This document shows positions 22,499 through 36,205 of a stretch of 64,000 nucleotides of DNA, piece by piece. How positions within the stretch are numbered: position 1 is the stretch's first letter; every line of letters begins with the position of its first letter. This DNA comes from Eledone cirrhosa (Eukaryota). A model generated the notes under the pieces. It worked only from the letters and a program-made list of their open reading frames with translations, was not told where the DNA came from and searched no databases. A program made the position numbers and the translations under genes. The stretch spans positions 18,538,001 to 18,602,000 of the forward strand of contig OZ024758.1 of the NCBI GenBank assembly GCA_964016885.1. Reading direction: 5' to 3'.

Positions 22499-22625
22499 TA
22501 GCCGTCGAAACGGCTTAAGTTCTGCCGTCGGGGTTATACATTTTCCTATTACCGCTCTACTACCCTAACTATTTATTAATCTGGTGCGTAATGGTTCATC
22601 TGGTTCCTTACCACAGCTCCTTCGT

Positions 22626-22627
<2 letters not shown>
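22499..22627 (+). mobile_element. Penelope-like terminal-repeat fragment carrying a hammerhead 3' half (family also at 44350-44486 and 62185-62296)
   Basis: GAAA-CGGC-ttaagttct-GCCG-TC-gggg followed by ttcctattaccgctctactaccct, shared with two other loci. Confidence 0.6.
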
Positions 22628-22671
<44 letters not shown>

Positions 22672-22674
22672 CGT

Positions 22675-22712
<38 letters not shown>

Positions 22713-22715
22713 CGT

Positions 22716-22749
<34 letters not shown>

Positions 22750-23159
22750 ACGCACACACATCCCTATATAGGTATGCATATATAAACACATAATGAAGAT
22801 TTAATTGTGTATACGAAACTGTCATGTTTAATGATGTTATATAAACATGATTTATCTTACTAAAACATCTCACGACCAGCCACTACAAAACAATCCTACT
22901 CGACAACCGGTGAGCATAACTGGCATCAGAGATACTGCTCCCTCTTTGGGAAACAAAGTAATCTGTTCAGCCAGGTTGACATAAATGAGGGCGAGAAACG
23001 CTTAGAATTAAAGAACATCGGACAAGGAAAACGGCAATTCGAGAGGACTGTTGACAGCGAGTATATATATATATATTAGCTATACATGATATAACTTCGG
23101 CAAGTAGTTTAAACGAAATCTTTATGAAAACGATCACGAGTTACATAAATACACAAATA

Positions 23160-23722
23160 ATTGTTCCTACTTTTGGCACAAGGCCAGCAAATATCCCCGT
23201 CCTTTACTGGTACTTTATTTGTCTCGACCCTGTAAGGACGAAAGATCCTAAAAGGCTGTAACTCTATGCTGCAAAGCATGGTGTCCGACCCTCTACCGAT
23301 ACTGCCAATCCACCGCCCTAAATACACAAAAAAAAATGTTTCTACTGTTGGCACAAGGCCAGCAATCATCCCAGTGTATTACTGTTGCTTACCTTTATCG
23401 ACCCCGTAATGATGAAAGGTAAAGTTGACCTCGACAGGATTTGAACTCAGACCATAAAAGGCCGTTACTCTTTGCTGCAAAGCGTGTCGTCAAACCCTCT
23501 ACCGATACTGCCAATCCACCATCCTTAATACAGGGATAATTGTTTCTAATTTTGGCACAAGGAAAGCAATTACTCAGTGCATTACTGGTACTCTATTTTA
23601 TCGACCCCGGAAGGATGAAAGGCAACGTTAACCTCGGCGGGATTTGAACTCAGAATGGCAAGGGCCGTAACTCTATGCGTCAAAGCATGGCATCCGCCCC
23701 TCTACCGATACTGCCAATCCAC
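23160..23722 (-). mobile_element. Three head-to-tail tRNA-derived SINE copies (about 23160-23318, 23337-23524, 23540-23722)
   Basis: Minus strand: gggcggtggatTGGCAGTATCGG (A box)...GAGTTCAAATCC (B box)...gcctttcatccttacggggtcgataaaataaagtaccag...ggccttgtgccaaaagtagaaac; the first copy has an internal deletion. Confidence 0.9.
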
Positions 23723-24479
23723 AGATAATACTAAGTATGTAGCTATACCATTATATGTTTATTGCATTTTTTCACGCGAAATAATAAATAATGATGTAAA
23801 TGCCACTAGTGGCAATAAGAAATATTAAATTTACACTAATTCGAACACGATTCTATAGGGCTATTTATCTTAATGTTATGTTGAACATTAACAGTTTATT
23901 CATCAGGAGCTCTATGGAGAGCATGGAAACAGAAAATTGAATTTTATGAATAAAACATTAAAGTCAACTATAGGTAAATAAAATCCCACCGATAATACTG
24001 TAAAATAAATAACTATTCCGTTGACAATGAAATCAAATAACCAAATCAATGACCTTTTTGTATCACAAAGACAACGTCTTATGTCTACTTTTCGCTATGC
24101 AGAATGTTTTAAAATATTTGCAATTCAAATGGAGATAACGGTAGTGTTAACATTGTCTGCAACTTTGCTTTAACAAAAGCGAAGGGAACCACATTGATGC
24201 CTTACATAGAAATTCAAGACTGAAATGATTGTGGTATATCCTTCTGAGACAAATATTAAATCAGACGCTGTAATTTAAGTTTATTCAAGTAAATATCGAC
24301 AACTATTTCCATTCCATTTATTTCATTCTGTCTCGATGTCTAAACATTTCTAAATAAGACAGTCTATTCAGCAGAATACACTTAATGTTACTATCAAAGA
24401 TATATTATTGTTTTTACGATAATTTAATAAAAGAAAATGCTTATTTCTTTATTCTTTATTTCACGCTCATTCACGAATA

Positions 24480-24747
24480 TTTTGTATTAACTTAGATTAA
24501 TTTATGTGCGTTGGGGATTTCATCAGAATTCAAAGTTGGATGATACTATAGGAACACGAATTTCACAACGATATGTCGAATGAACACATGCACATCTTTT
24601 TTTTGTTTTAGAATTATATATTGGAAAGCATACGAGTACATTAATACAGGGTATGTTTGTTGAGCAAACACTTTTTAGTATTTGCTCAAAACGATATAGA
24701 TATATCAACACACACATACATACATACACACATATGTGTGTGGTTGT

Positions 24748-24824
<77 letters not shown>

Positions 24825-25017
24825 TATGTGTGTGTCTATGCGAATAGGTTTATCCCTGGTTCAATCGTAGGGGGTAACCACATAACCACAGTAAGTAGTT
24901 TACTTAATACATTTTGTGTTAACTTAGATTAATTTATGTGTGTTGGGAATTTCATCAGAATTAAAATGTAAATGATACTGTAGGAATAAGAATACCTAAT
25001 AATTTCCTCCGAATGAA
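24480..25017. repeat. About 105-bp diverged direct duplication (24480-24585 and 24912-25017) flanking a (TA)n tract
   Basis: ttaacttagattaatttatgtg.gttggg.atttcatcagaatt...tgatact.taggaa occurs twice. Confidence 0.8.
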
Positions 25018-25038
25018 GCAGTTCTAATCATGTAGAAG

Positions 25039-25042
<4 letters not shown>

Positions 25043-25077
<35 letters not shown>

Positions 25078-25103
25078 AGAGAGAGAGAGAGAGCGAGAGA
25101 GAG

Positions 25104-25198
<95 letters not shown>
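25043..25198. repeat. (TA)n-(GA)n microsatellite
   Basis: Direct reading. Confidence 0.97.
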
Positions 25199-25202
<4 letters not shown>

Positions 25203-25463
25203 CATGAGAACTGTGAAAGCGGTAAATGAGACAAATAAATATTCTTAAAAAGACTCCAGTTGCATTTTCGATTTTACCTATTTTCCTTATACTTTTTACT
25301 CGTGTAGCACATCTCGTTTTTTGTCATTTTGAAAAAAAAAAGCTCATTTTCTATATATATATATATATATATATAGTTTAGACTTTTCAAAATAGAGCGT
25401 TGAGTTATATACTTCCTTCAAAAATAATTGTCTTTACTGACTATTGTTTTATACATATTTCAG

Positions 25464-25510
25464 CTTTGGGGATCATTACCACAAATAGACAACGTATTGT
25501 GAAAGCAAAG
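25464..25510 (+). CDS. Candidate 47-nt internal host exon (x-LGIITTNRQRIVKAK)
   Basis: Acceptor catatttcag, consensus donor AAG|gtaagt, only one open frame; protein not recognised. Confidence 0.3.
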
Positions 25511-25730
25511 GTAAGTCACACATATGTCTTTAAGTTGCTTCAGTCGTTGGTTATATATGTCTGATTTGTCCTCATTTCTGTTTACATTTTAACTATTATC
25601 CTCCTTTGTTTTTCCACATATAGCATAACAGCGCGATTAATATTGATTTGCCAATTTTTACATATTATTATGTGGATTGTAGTGAATACCCTATTATGCA
25701 TCATTTAGCATTTTATTTACAGTTGTCATT

Positions 25731-25781
<51 letters not shown>

Positions 25782-27629
25782 TACTATTTTACCTGTTCCA
25801 GCCATTCGACAGAGGCCATGCTGAGGCATACTGGGGCACCACCATGGAAAATGAGAAAACTCATCGCTAGAACGACTTTAACACAGCTACATGCTGTCAA
25901 AGAGAGATGGGCAAATATATATATATATACATGTGTGTATCGTTGTATGTGTGCGTGTGTGTGTGTGCGTGTGTGTGGGGCCATGTGTGTGTGTATAATA
26001 CAAACATATATATGCGAGTGTGTGTATGTGCGTGTGCCTGTATGCATAAGCCTACGTGCGCCTGTGTGCGTTTACGTTTATTTATCTCTCGCCTCGAAGA
26101 TTACATCTTATATAGGAGCGATGGAAAAACAAACTGAGAAAAAATAAATAGAGATTGTCAAATAAGATATCTCTCAAGAGATACACATATGTACCGAGAG
26201 AACGGCTGATAGAGGTTTCGTGCAGATACCAATACGTTGGAAATAACTAAAACTCATAGGATGCCTGCAAAGAAAATATCTTTGAAGGGAATTGCGTAGA
26301 TCAAACGGAAGTGAAAATAAATCTCAAAGCAATGTTAACATTAGAATATTAAGGTGCACACATTTTGCAGGTGTACACCAGTACAATTACATGTATACGT
26401 GTATGCACATGCATTTGTGAAGAAAGTAGAGATTCTCTATAATTAATATAAACAGAAGCAAATAATTTCTCTGCATGTATTAAGACACGTACAAATAATC
26501 TGGTATGAAATGAATTGTGAAATTATGGTTTCGCTTCAACATAGGATGCTCCCTGAGCAGAATTGTGTTAAACTGTGTTAAAGTTTTGTTGTGTTATATC
26601 TAAATGTTATTGTTGAGCCTTGTATCAGTTTGATCAGAAGTGGGCGACTGCAACGAAAGGCAGTTTAGCGGTCGGTTTCTGGGAATATAGTACTATATTA
26701 CTTAATGCACCATATCGTTGTTTCTGAGCTTGTGGCATGTGATTTATATTCAAACACGTTCCTGTTGTGCTTAAATAAATATATGTTTGACGTTTCAAAG
26801 GTAATACAAATCCGGTTGTATTTCCCTTCTTACATATAATTTGATATTAATATATAATAACTCTCCTATGTTTCTATGCTTGCATGACTATTGATGTAAA
26901 TATCCATGACATATTTGCGTTTAGTTATAATGTGATTACTGATGGATCCTTTTTTGTTTTGTAAAATACGCTGATGTATAGCAGTATATACTGGCCATTT
27001 GTAGCCCTAGAAATGATGTAATTGAAACCTCGTGTTATGTTCACAAAAATCATTTTATGACATTTGTACAAGGTACCTTAAACAAGTTAGGTGACATTCA
27101 AAGCCTTTACGATGAAGCTAACACCCGGAATTTGTGCACAGCTTGTATATTTTCCCACATAAATTACTAACAAATATCTAATTATTTCAGAGGATATGAT
27201 ACATCTGACGACGACTCAGTTACCTATGACATTGTTATGATTTATATAATGGAGAAATATTGCAAATCTATTTTACTATTAGGCTTCTGATCTACGCATA
27301 TCTTATTATTGTGTTAGTGCTAAGCTTGCTTAAAGTTTTGCCTTAAAAGGTCATTATTGAAATATATATACATACTCTTTACAAAATATTCCTTAACCCG
27401 ATGTTGCGTTTGACACCCATAACGAAGGAAAAAGGGATGCGATAATAGACGAATATATAAAATCTTAACCGAATTAAATTGAGCTTGATATATAAATACT
27501 GTGTTTATAGCATAACATTACTTATATCGATAACATAAGACAATATGGCCAACAATGATATGAATATATCTCTAAAATTATATTAGTAATTTGAGATGCA
27601 TTTTGTACGTGTATTTAGGAATGTAAAAC

Positions 27630-27765
27630 TCGGCGACTTAGTTAAATCGTGAGCACGAAAATATAATTGTTTATTGTATTTGTTGAGGCTGTCTGTTAGA
27701 CTTCAAATCCCACCGAAGGCAATTTTGCCGTGCATTGTTTGCAGTTCGATGACAAAGGTACCAGT
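27630..27765 (+). mobile_element. Old diverged tRNA-SINE copy
   Basis: gacttcaaatcccaccgaaggcaattttgcc...tcgatgacaaaggtaccagt aligns by eye to the SINE B box and central domain. Confidence 0.55.
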
Positions 27766-29200
27766 CCTGTATATATATTTCTGAAATGCTCTTTCCACCC
27801 GTATCTAGCTTTCACTATATGAAATCAGCTGTGTCCAGAGATGGTGTTGGGGTGAACTCCGTCAGGTTTTACAAAGTGCTTAAGAAACACTATACGGAAA
27901 TGCGGCGTCACTGTTACTCCACTAGTATTTACGACCCCATACATCCATACATTTATGAAAGTAGTTTGATACATATGTGCATAAGCAAGAGACCCCATAT
28001 CAATATTTGTTTCAATATTATCGTATAAGTTATATTTCATGTAAGTCTACTTTCTAATGCTGACTATTTTGCTGGTTAGAAATATAGCCAGCATGGAATT
28101 ACATAATTTAATATAATTTACTTTTAGATAACCAACGTTTCTATTAATGAATCATCTCCATAATTAATGACTTGTATTATATTTGCTGAAATGGTAGGTT
28201 GTGGTACGGTGGCTATTGGCGACTTTTCCATTTACACGAAAAGGAAATAATTAAGTTAGTATCTGTCCTATTTCTACGGAATATAAATATGTAGAACCTA
28301 TTGAAATTTCATCTCTATGGTATATTAATCCACCTGAGAGCCTACTTCCATTTCGAAAACGTAGCATAATTGATTACTGATTAATTGCAGGTCCAACGTA
28401 CCGCATGCAGGAAACATAAAAGAATGGATTTCGTAAATAAATGTTTACATCAATTCGTCGCTCGGGGTAAATTTGATAAATTTAAAATGCTATTAAATTT
28501 GTTAAAAACAAATTCAGTGATAAAGTGGGTGTATAAGACTCATGTAATAAAATGGTTACGTAAAGTTATGATACGAAATATGCATCTTAAATGTTTAATT
28601 AGATTATAAACACAAAAATAAACGAAATTGACAAAGATAAAAAATCATAATATTTTCAATACAGCCCTTAATTAACTTGGAATATTACAACCATATTAAC
28701 AATAGATACGATTATAAAACAGCTTTCAGAAAAATAAAACTCCCATTTATGTACTTCCCAAAATAACATTTCGATGACAAAATATTTACGCCAAGCAGCA
28801 GTTCATTTCTAAATGATGACTAATAGATTTTACCTCATATGTTAGATGCAATGCAATTTATCAAATATTACATGCAGAACATATGCAAGATTCATGGCTA
28901 GATATTTATTGGCAGTTTTTATGCTGTTTGATGTTAATATTTGTTTTTTATTTCGCTTTAAAAATTAATCATTAACAATAAAAACTTGAAAAGATAGTAT
29001 AGAATTCAATAAAATTAGATTTCCTTTAGCATAGAGTTTCTAAATTTATATTTATGTTATATGTGTCGTCACCGCCGCAAGGTAATTTAACATGTACGCT
29101 GAACCTGCATGTATGAAATATATTGTCATATATGTGGAATCAATAAATAAATACAGGAATAATATATATATAGAGAGGGAGATAGATAGATAGAGAGAGA

Positions 29201-29750
<550 letters not shown>

Positions 29751-29754
29751 CAAT

Positions 29755-30095
29755 GATATTAAATAAAGGGAAACTATATTTATAAAACCATATTTATTCT
29801 ATTGTATGTATTTCAAGGTTACCAAAACTTTGGTACGCTTTCATCAGATAAAATACAAAGTTTGTTTTATAAATTATGACATAACCAAGAAAAGATACCT
29901 TAACGGTTGAAGTTTTTCTTGGACTATCCAAGAAAAACTTGATCTGTTAAGGTATCTTTTCTTGATTATGTCAAGATTTATAAAACAAACTTTGTATTTT
30001 ATCTGATGAAAGCGTACCAAAGTGTTGATACCCTTGAAATATATGCAATAGTATAAATATGGTTTTATAAATATAGTTTCCATTTATTTAATATC
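29755..30095. mobile_element. About 340-bp palindromic fold-back element with a hammerhead-like core in each arm
   Basis: Arms are reverse complements around aagtttttcttgga-cta-tccaagaaaaactt (about 29924); CTGATGA (30003-30009), stem II and GAAA (30036-30039) on +, with the mirror copy at 29811-29847 on -. Confidence 0.75.
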
Positions 30096-30181
30096 GAATA
30101 TCCCAGAAAACTGTCGAGTGCTCTGAATCAGTTATAAACATTTATATTTGTTGAATTACCAACACATTAAATATCCTTTTG

Positions 30182-30233
<52 letters not shown>

Positions 30234-30294
30234 CAGATAGAGATAGTGATACTATATAATGCACGTATATATGGATACACACACATATATATAG

Positions 30295-30706
30295 TCATTT
30301 ATATATATATATTTTACATAATATATATAAATATATTTTATACATAATATATATAAATATATATTATACATAATATATATATATATATATATATATATTA
30401 TACATAATATATATAAATATATATTATACATAATATATATAAATATATATTATACATAATATATATAAATATATTTTATACATAACATATATAAATATGT
30501 ATTATACATAATATATATAAATATATATTATACATAATATATATAAATATATATTATACATAATATATATAAATATATATTATACATAATATACATATAT
30601 AATATACATAATATACATATATACATAATATACAATATATATATACATAATATACATAATATATATACATAATATACATAATATACATACATAATATATA
30701 TACAAA

Positions 30707-30754
<48 letters not shown>

Positions 30755-30776
30755 GTATATATACATATATATATAT
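30295..30776. repeat. AT-rich minisatellite (about 25-bp tacataatatatataaatatatta unit) merging into (TA)n
   Basis: Direct reading. Confidence 0.85.
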
Positions 30777-31470
30777 CGGTCGTGTCATTGGGATTAACAA
30801 TAGGGGAGATAACACACAGATGCCGAGGAAACACAGACACAAAGACAAGGAATTTGACGAAGAAAAATAAAATATGGGTAAATTCGCGTTGTAAAATAAT
30901 GGAGACACAAAAAGGGAAGAATCGTGATACCAGGATCATGCTGCACATGTAAAGAGAACCAAAGGATCGAAAGTGAAATACACTGCGTGATAGGAGATAG
31001 CAGTTAGGCCCTTTGAGACCGACTCAGACAGCCCGTCTCAAGATGTGAGGGAAGAAGGAGAAGAATGTCGAAAAATATCTGTTGGTTTTCAACTTCACCC
31101 TTTAGCATATAAACCGGCCATATCTGGCCACAATTGTTCTTAAAATATATAATATCAAAATCTCATAGATTCGATATTATGTGAGATAATTATGGGAGGT
31201 AAAGTCTTTACCACACAAATGCAATAGTATATATAGAGTAATGGACATGCTAAAGGGTTAAACGAAGGGAGATTTAAAAAATCATAGAAGCTGAGAAAGA
31301 TGAGTTATATTTAACAATATACTGAACCAGAGTGACAGAGATGAGTGTTCTGCGTGGTTATATTATAAACCAAATGCATAGAAATAAGTGAAAAGCAGTA
31401 TGAACAGACAAGACAATACAAGAATGTTGTGAACGAATATAGAAAATACTGATTATTCAAACATCTATCT

Positions 31471-31930
31471 TAAGTGGCATCAACAAGTTTCCGGACAAGT
31501 TTTCTAGCATCGAAAACATTGAAACGCACGTTTGCGCGCGCAGTGAGAGGTAGCAGAGACTTTCAAGCGCCAGTGTGCTGAGTGACATCACTGTGTTCAC
31601 TTCGCAAGTTGTGAAAATTGTGTTTTAGGGATCAAGTGTATGTATGCTGTATCTAGCGATTTTGTAATGGAAAGGAATTTGGAACAAAGGGCCAACGTAA
31701 AATGTTGCATTCAGGTTGGGAAGTCTGCTGCAGTGATATTGGACATGTTTTGGCAAGCTTAGAATGAGATGGCAGCAGTCGACTATGTGGAAGAAGAGTC
31801 TTTCACTTCCACAACTGAAGCAGGTACGACGGAACCGCAGTTCAGTCTAGAGCGTGCTCGATTTTGGGTGGAGATCGGCGGTATTGTGCACAAGGAATTC
31901 ATACCCAAGTGCTAGATGATCAATCGATGG
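31471..31930 (+). pseudogene. Tc1/mariner (mariner-type) transposon remnant: 5' TIR and internally deleted transposase
   Basis: TIR-like tggcatcaacaagtttccggac; ATG at 31667 gives MERNLEQRANVKCCIQVGKSAAVILDMFWQA* (mariner N-terminal HTH pattern EQRxxIKFCxxLGKSA); later WKKSLSLPQLKQVRRNRSSV* and GIVHKEFIPK match the catalytic-domain start. Confidence 0.8.
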
Positions 31931-32916
31931 TGAATAAATGTTTTATTTTCTGATTTTACCACACAACAAGCTTTATAACTAAACTACTTTGTATACCCAG
32001 TCCGATAATATTAAAATAAATATGCACTTATCGTAAATGTTTAAACTATATTTGTTTACACAATCAAATCTTTTACATTTGTGAATGGTATTATCGTGTT
32101 AAGGATTTTCAGTAGAAAAACATTTATAACTATTATTTTCAAAAATGCGTACGCTATATTTGTATTTCTAATGCAACATTAAATATAACTGTTTAGCTTA
32201 ATAGTATACTTTAATCTAATAAATTATATTCTATAAAGGCTTGCGAAAGGAATGCATTTTGTGAGAGAAGAAAATTCCCCGTGAGACTCTGCATCGAATA
32301 AAACAACAGAAATCATAAATTGTTGAAGCACTTTATGCCATAACCTAATTCCATGCGTGGTAAGATATAACAAGGAAATTAAAGACAATATAATCGAAAT
32401 AAAACAAGAAAAATAAATAGCTATATTTATTGAGTTCAATTTGGCTGATCTATTCTCGACAAAGCAAATTACCTTCATATTGACTTTAATTTTCTTCTTT
32501 AAATAACATTACAAAGGCAGTCTGCAAACCGAAAGAAATTTATTGATTTTTATCAATTTAGTTTGCAATATGTATTGATGCATATGAATGTTTGCTTTCT
32601 GAGAAACAAATTTAAAGAGTCGTATTATTGTCGTTACGAAAACATTAAAAAATATAATATTTTCAAAGCATTCCTACTTCTTTAAAGAAGCACGAATCAC
32701 GCAATAGTAAGAGGCTTTTCAATCGAGTTAAAAAGTTTCCTCGTATGAAACCTATTTCTGTGTCGCAAACACGTTGCGAGATATATGAATGCAACACCAG
32801 ACACGCGTACAACGTTCACTATTCATACATATACGCAATTTAGATGAACAACGGAATAAAATATATTTTCAAACACACATACTCACGCATATATGTACAC
32901 CCATACATATAAACAC

Positions 32917-32948
<32 letters not shown>

Positions 32949-33232
32949 GATATTGATTTATTTATGTGCGTGTGTGTATTTAAGAGTTTTATTTACGGTG
33001 AAATTTTAGTAGGAATAACAGGCTATTTGTCTCATACTATCATAGTGGCACGAAAGGAAACGTACACACACGTAACAAACTTTGCTTGGAATTCAGATGA
33101 CTCAAGGTGTGATCCTTCTCTAGACTCTCTCGGAAATAAACATGATGTCAAGTGGTAGAAAATATTTTGAGACCGTGTCATATCTTTTTTTGTTTTTGTA
33201 AACACGCTTTCAAAGTAATAATAAATAGCAGT

Positions 33233-33405
33233 GTTTACTTCAGGCACAAGGCCAGCAATCTGAATGGGATCTGTGTGAAAGTCTATTAAATCGACCCAAA
33301 TGCATTACTCGTACTTTATTTTATGAGGAATGCACAGGAATCGATGTAATTAATTTTCTCCACCCTTCAAACTTCTGATCTTGTGTCTAACGTAGAAACA
33401 GTTAT
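33233..33405. mobile_element. Diverged SINE fragments in opposite orientations (33233-33322 on -, 33350-33405 on +)
   Basis: ggcacaaggccagcaat...atcgaccc...tactttatttt, and cttgtgtctaacgtagaaacagttatt. Confidence 0.6.
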
Positions 33406-34779
33406 TTATCAAAGTAATAAATAACAGAAATTATATGGGAAAACACATTTCACATTGTACAGAGATGGAACAGTTCTATAGAGATAACAGTGCACATATG
33501 GCCAACAACTACAGCCAGTTAAATTATATAAAGATCGCCTCAGTAAATTATTCATTACATTTTCAATTTTAATGATTTTTTGATGAGACAAAACTTGATA
33601 ACAAAACAACGTTTGGCTTCTAATTATCGCAGGCTCAATTCAGTGATGGTCACAATATCATTTAATTATACAGGAAAGCGGTGATAATATTATCTATAGA
33701 GATAAATTAGAAATGCTTGACGCTGGCACCTTGTGATGCAATCATATATGAACGATAGTTAAACAGCTGCAGTATAATTAAAAACAGTATCGTATAGGAA
33801 TATATTCTTATATCAGCATGAGAATATTATGTTTTTCTTTGCTTCACCTCATTGATCCGTTTGAAAGTATGCTCTCCTAATGTTATATCCCATTTTCAAA
33901 GTCACATTTCTATAGTCACCAGTTCTTTTTTTTTATTTTGTTGTGTGGAGTCGATGAACTAAATTTCAAGTAAATATACGCACAGCTGAACTGTGTTCAT
34001 GATAAAAAAGGTACACGATTCGATTACCAACTCTGTGAAGGCATAAAGATATGCACGCATAATATTGTAGAAATATTTTAAATAACATTGAAACACAAGA
34101 TGATTTTTTTTTCACTCATATTCAAGACAGCGGAAACATTGTCATGTAAAATAGAAATACATTGCTTGGAAAAGAAATGTATCATGTGTAAGGGGAACAA
34201 ATCCTTAGTAACTAGCCGTACTAAAAATAATAGGCAGATTTCCCTTAAAGTAGGTTGAATTGTAAGACACGGCATGATCATATGTTCAGCGAGAAGCTAA
34301 GGTATAATAGATAATTGATTTATTCTAGCAGAGATATCCAACATTGTTTCATCCCCTAATTTTCAGCCATAGGGCCTTGACCATGCGTTATCGTGTAGGT
34401 ACACACTTGTAGAAACATACACACTCACACATGCATATACAGGCGCACACACATATATGTGTGTATTAGTAAAATAAGAAAAGATGTAGAAAATGCTAAT
34501 AGGATTTTGTCAGATCAACAGCAAAAAATGTATATACAAAAGAGAAATTCATCGTACCGGTTTCAGCCAAATGTTATTGGCTTCTTCGTGCTACAGAAGT
34601 GTATAACATTTATAATGGTGTATAATAAGAATATCGTATTAAGCACATGGTCTACATACATATACATATAGGAGTTTACATGTTCGTTTATCGCTTTCTC
34701 TTCCTCTCGCCGTTGGTGGTTTGAAATAGAAGTCAGTTTGTTGCACTGGTAGTAGTGATTGTAGAAGGGGAAGAAGGAA

Positions 34780-34859
34780 AAGGAGAAACAATATAATACT
34801 AATACTACTACTACTACTACTCCTAATAATAAAAATAATAATAATAAGAAGAAGGGCAA

Positions 34860-34890
<31 letters not shown>

Positions 34891-35075
34891 AAGAAGAAGA
34901 AGAAGAAGAAGAAGAAGAAGAAGAAGAAGAAGAAGAAGAAGAAGAAGAAGAAGAAGAAGAAGAAGAAGAAGAAGAAGAAGAAGGGCAATGAGAATAAGAA
35001 GGGAAAGAAGAAGAAGAAGAAGAAGAAGAAGAAGAAGAAGAAGAAGAAGAAGAAGAAGAAGAAGAAGAAGAAGCG
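34780..35075. repeat. (TAC)n/(TAA)n/(AAG)n trinucleotide repeats
   Basis: Direct reading. Confidence 0.97.
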
Positions 35076-35628
35076 GAGGATGGAGAAAAGCTTTTGGAAT
35101 AAACAAATTTAACGCATTCATATAAACACATATTCTAATTATTCAAGAATAAATAAATAAATAAAAATAATTCAATCTGGCTAAACGGCGCTTGTTCATT
35201 TGGAAATAAAATTATATATTTGAATTACAGAATGGATTAAGAGAAAAGGGTAGACATATAACATTGGTAGAACAATTTGAGATAATAATGCTGCAGTAAT
35301 GCAAAGTCTGGAATACATGCTGCTTTGAGTAACAATTGTAGAGTAAAATAAAAATACTTTTGGGATAAGAGAATAGAAATCAGCTAATGAGAGGAGAGAA
35401 GCTGGCTGAAACAAGATACGGCAAACCAATATTTTCTTTTGAATTACTTGGACAAAGAGCAATTGAAACAAGCGTCGAAATATATCCAAGGAGCGAGTAA
35501 ACAGCTTGACATTACAATTATATGGCCAGTAAATCATTGAAGCCATTTTCTGTAATTGCTCATCTACCAACAAATAAAGCGTTGAACTATTAAACCATAA
35601 CATATGAGCAGAATTACTTTTATGTATT

Positions 35629-36205
35629 CTTTTACGTTATTGAGTGGAGTATCTCTCTGTCTTGTGCTGGAAAGACTTATATATACCTTTTACGTTATTG
35701 AGTGGAGTATCTCTCTGTCTTGTGCTGGAAAGACTTATATATACCTTTTACGTTATTGAGTGGTGGTAGTAGTAGTAGTAGGAGTAATAGTAGTAGTAGT
35801 AAAGTAATAAATAGTTTCCTATTCCTGTAAAGAGAATGGAAGCCACAAACTATTATTTCCCTTGTGTTAAAGAACTGGTCAAGAGATCAGTTTTGACGTT
35901 GATTCAGACATCAGCCAAGTCTGAGAAACAGAGGCTGTTATAAGAGCAGTAAAAAATCCCAGAGACAGGTGAGGTCTGTCAGTCTAAAAGCATGTGACTG
36001 ATAAAATGACAGGTCAGTCATATTGTATCTCTCTGTCATATGACGGAATGGCTTATGTATTACTTTTTACGTTATTGAGTGATGTATCTCTCTGTCATAT
36101 GACGGAATGATTTATGTATTCTTTTTATGTTATTGAGTGGAGGCTATCTCTGTCTTGTGATGGAATGATATTTACGATATTGAGTGGTGCATCCTTCTGT
36201 CTTAT
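35629..36205. repeat. About 58-bp minisatellite in two clusters (35629-35763, 36026-36205)
   Basis: Unit ttttacgttattgagtggagtatctctctgtcttgtgctggaaagacttatatatacc; exact in the first cluster, diverged in the second. Confidence 0.85.

Noticed and set aside
23160-23722. tRNA genes or a CRISPR-like array
   Set aside because: A/B boxes belong to SINE heads without a cloverleaf; repeats are about 185-bp diverged SINEs in eukaryotic DNA
24515-24530. CTGATGA on - in both copies of the 105-bp duplication (also at about 23900)
   Set aside because: No stem II plus GAAA-stem III arrangement
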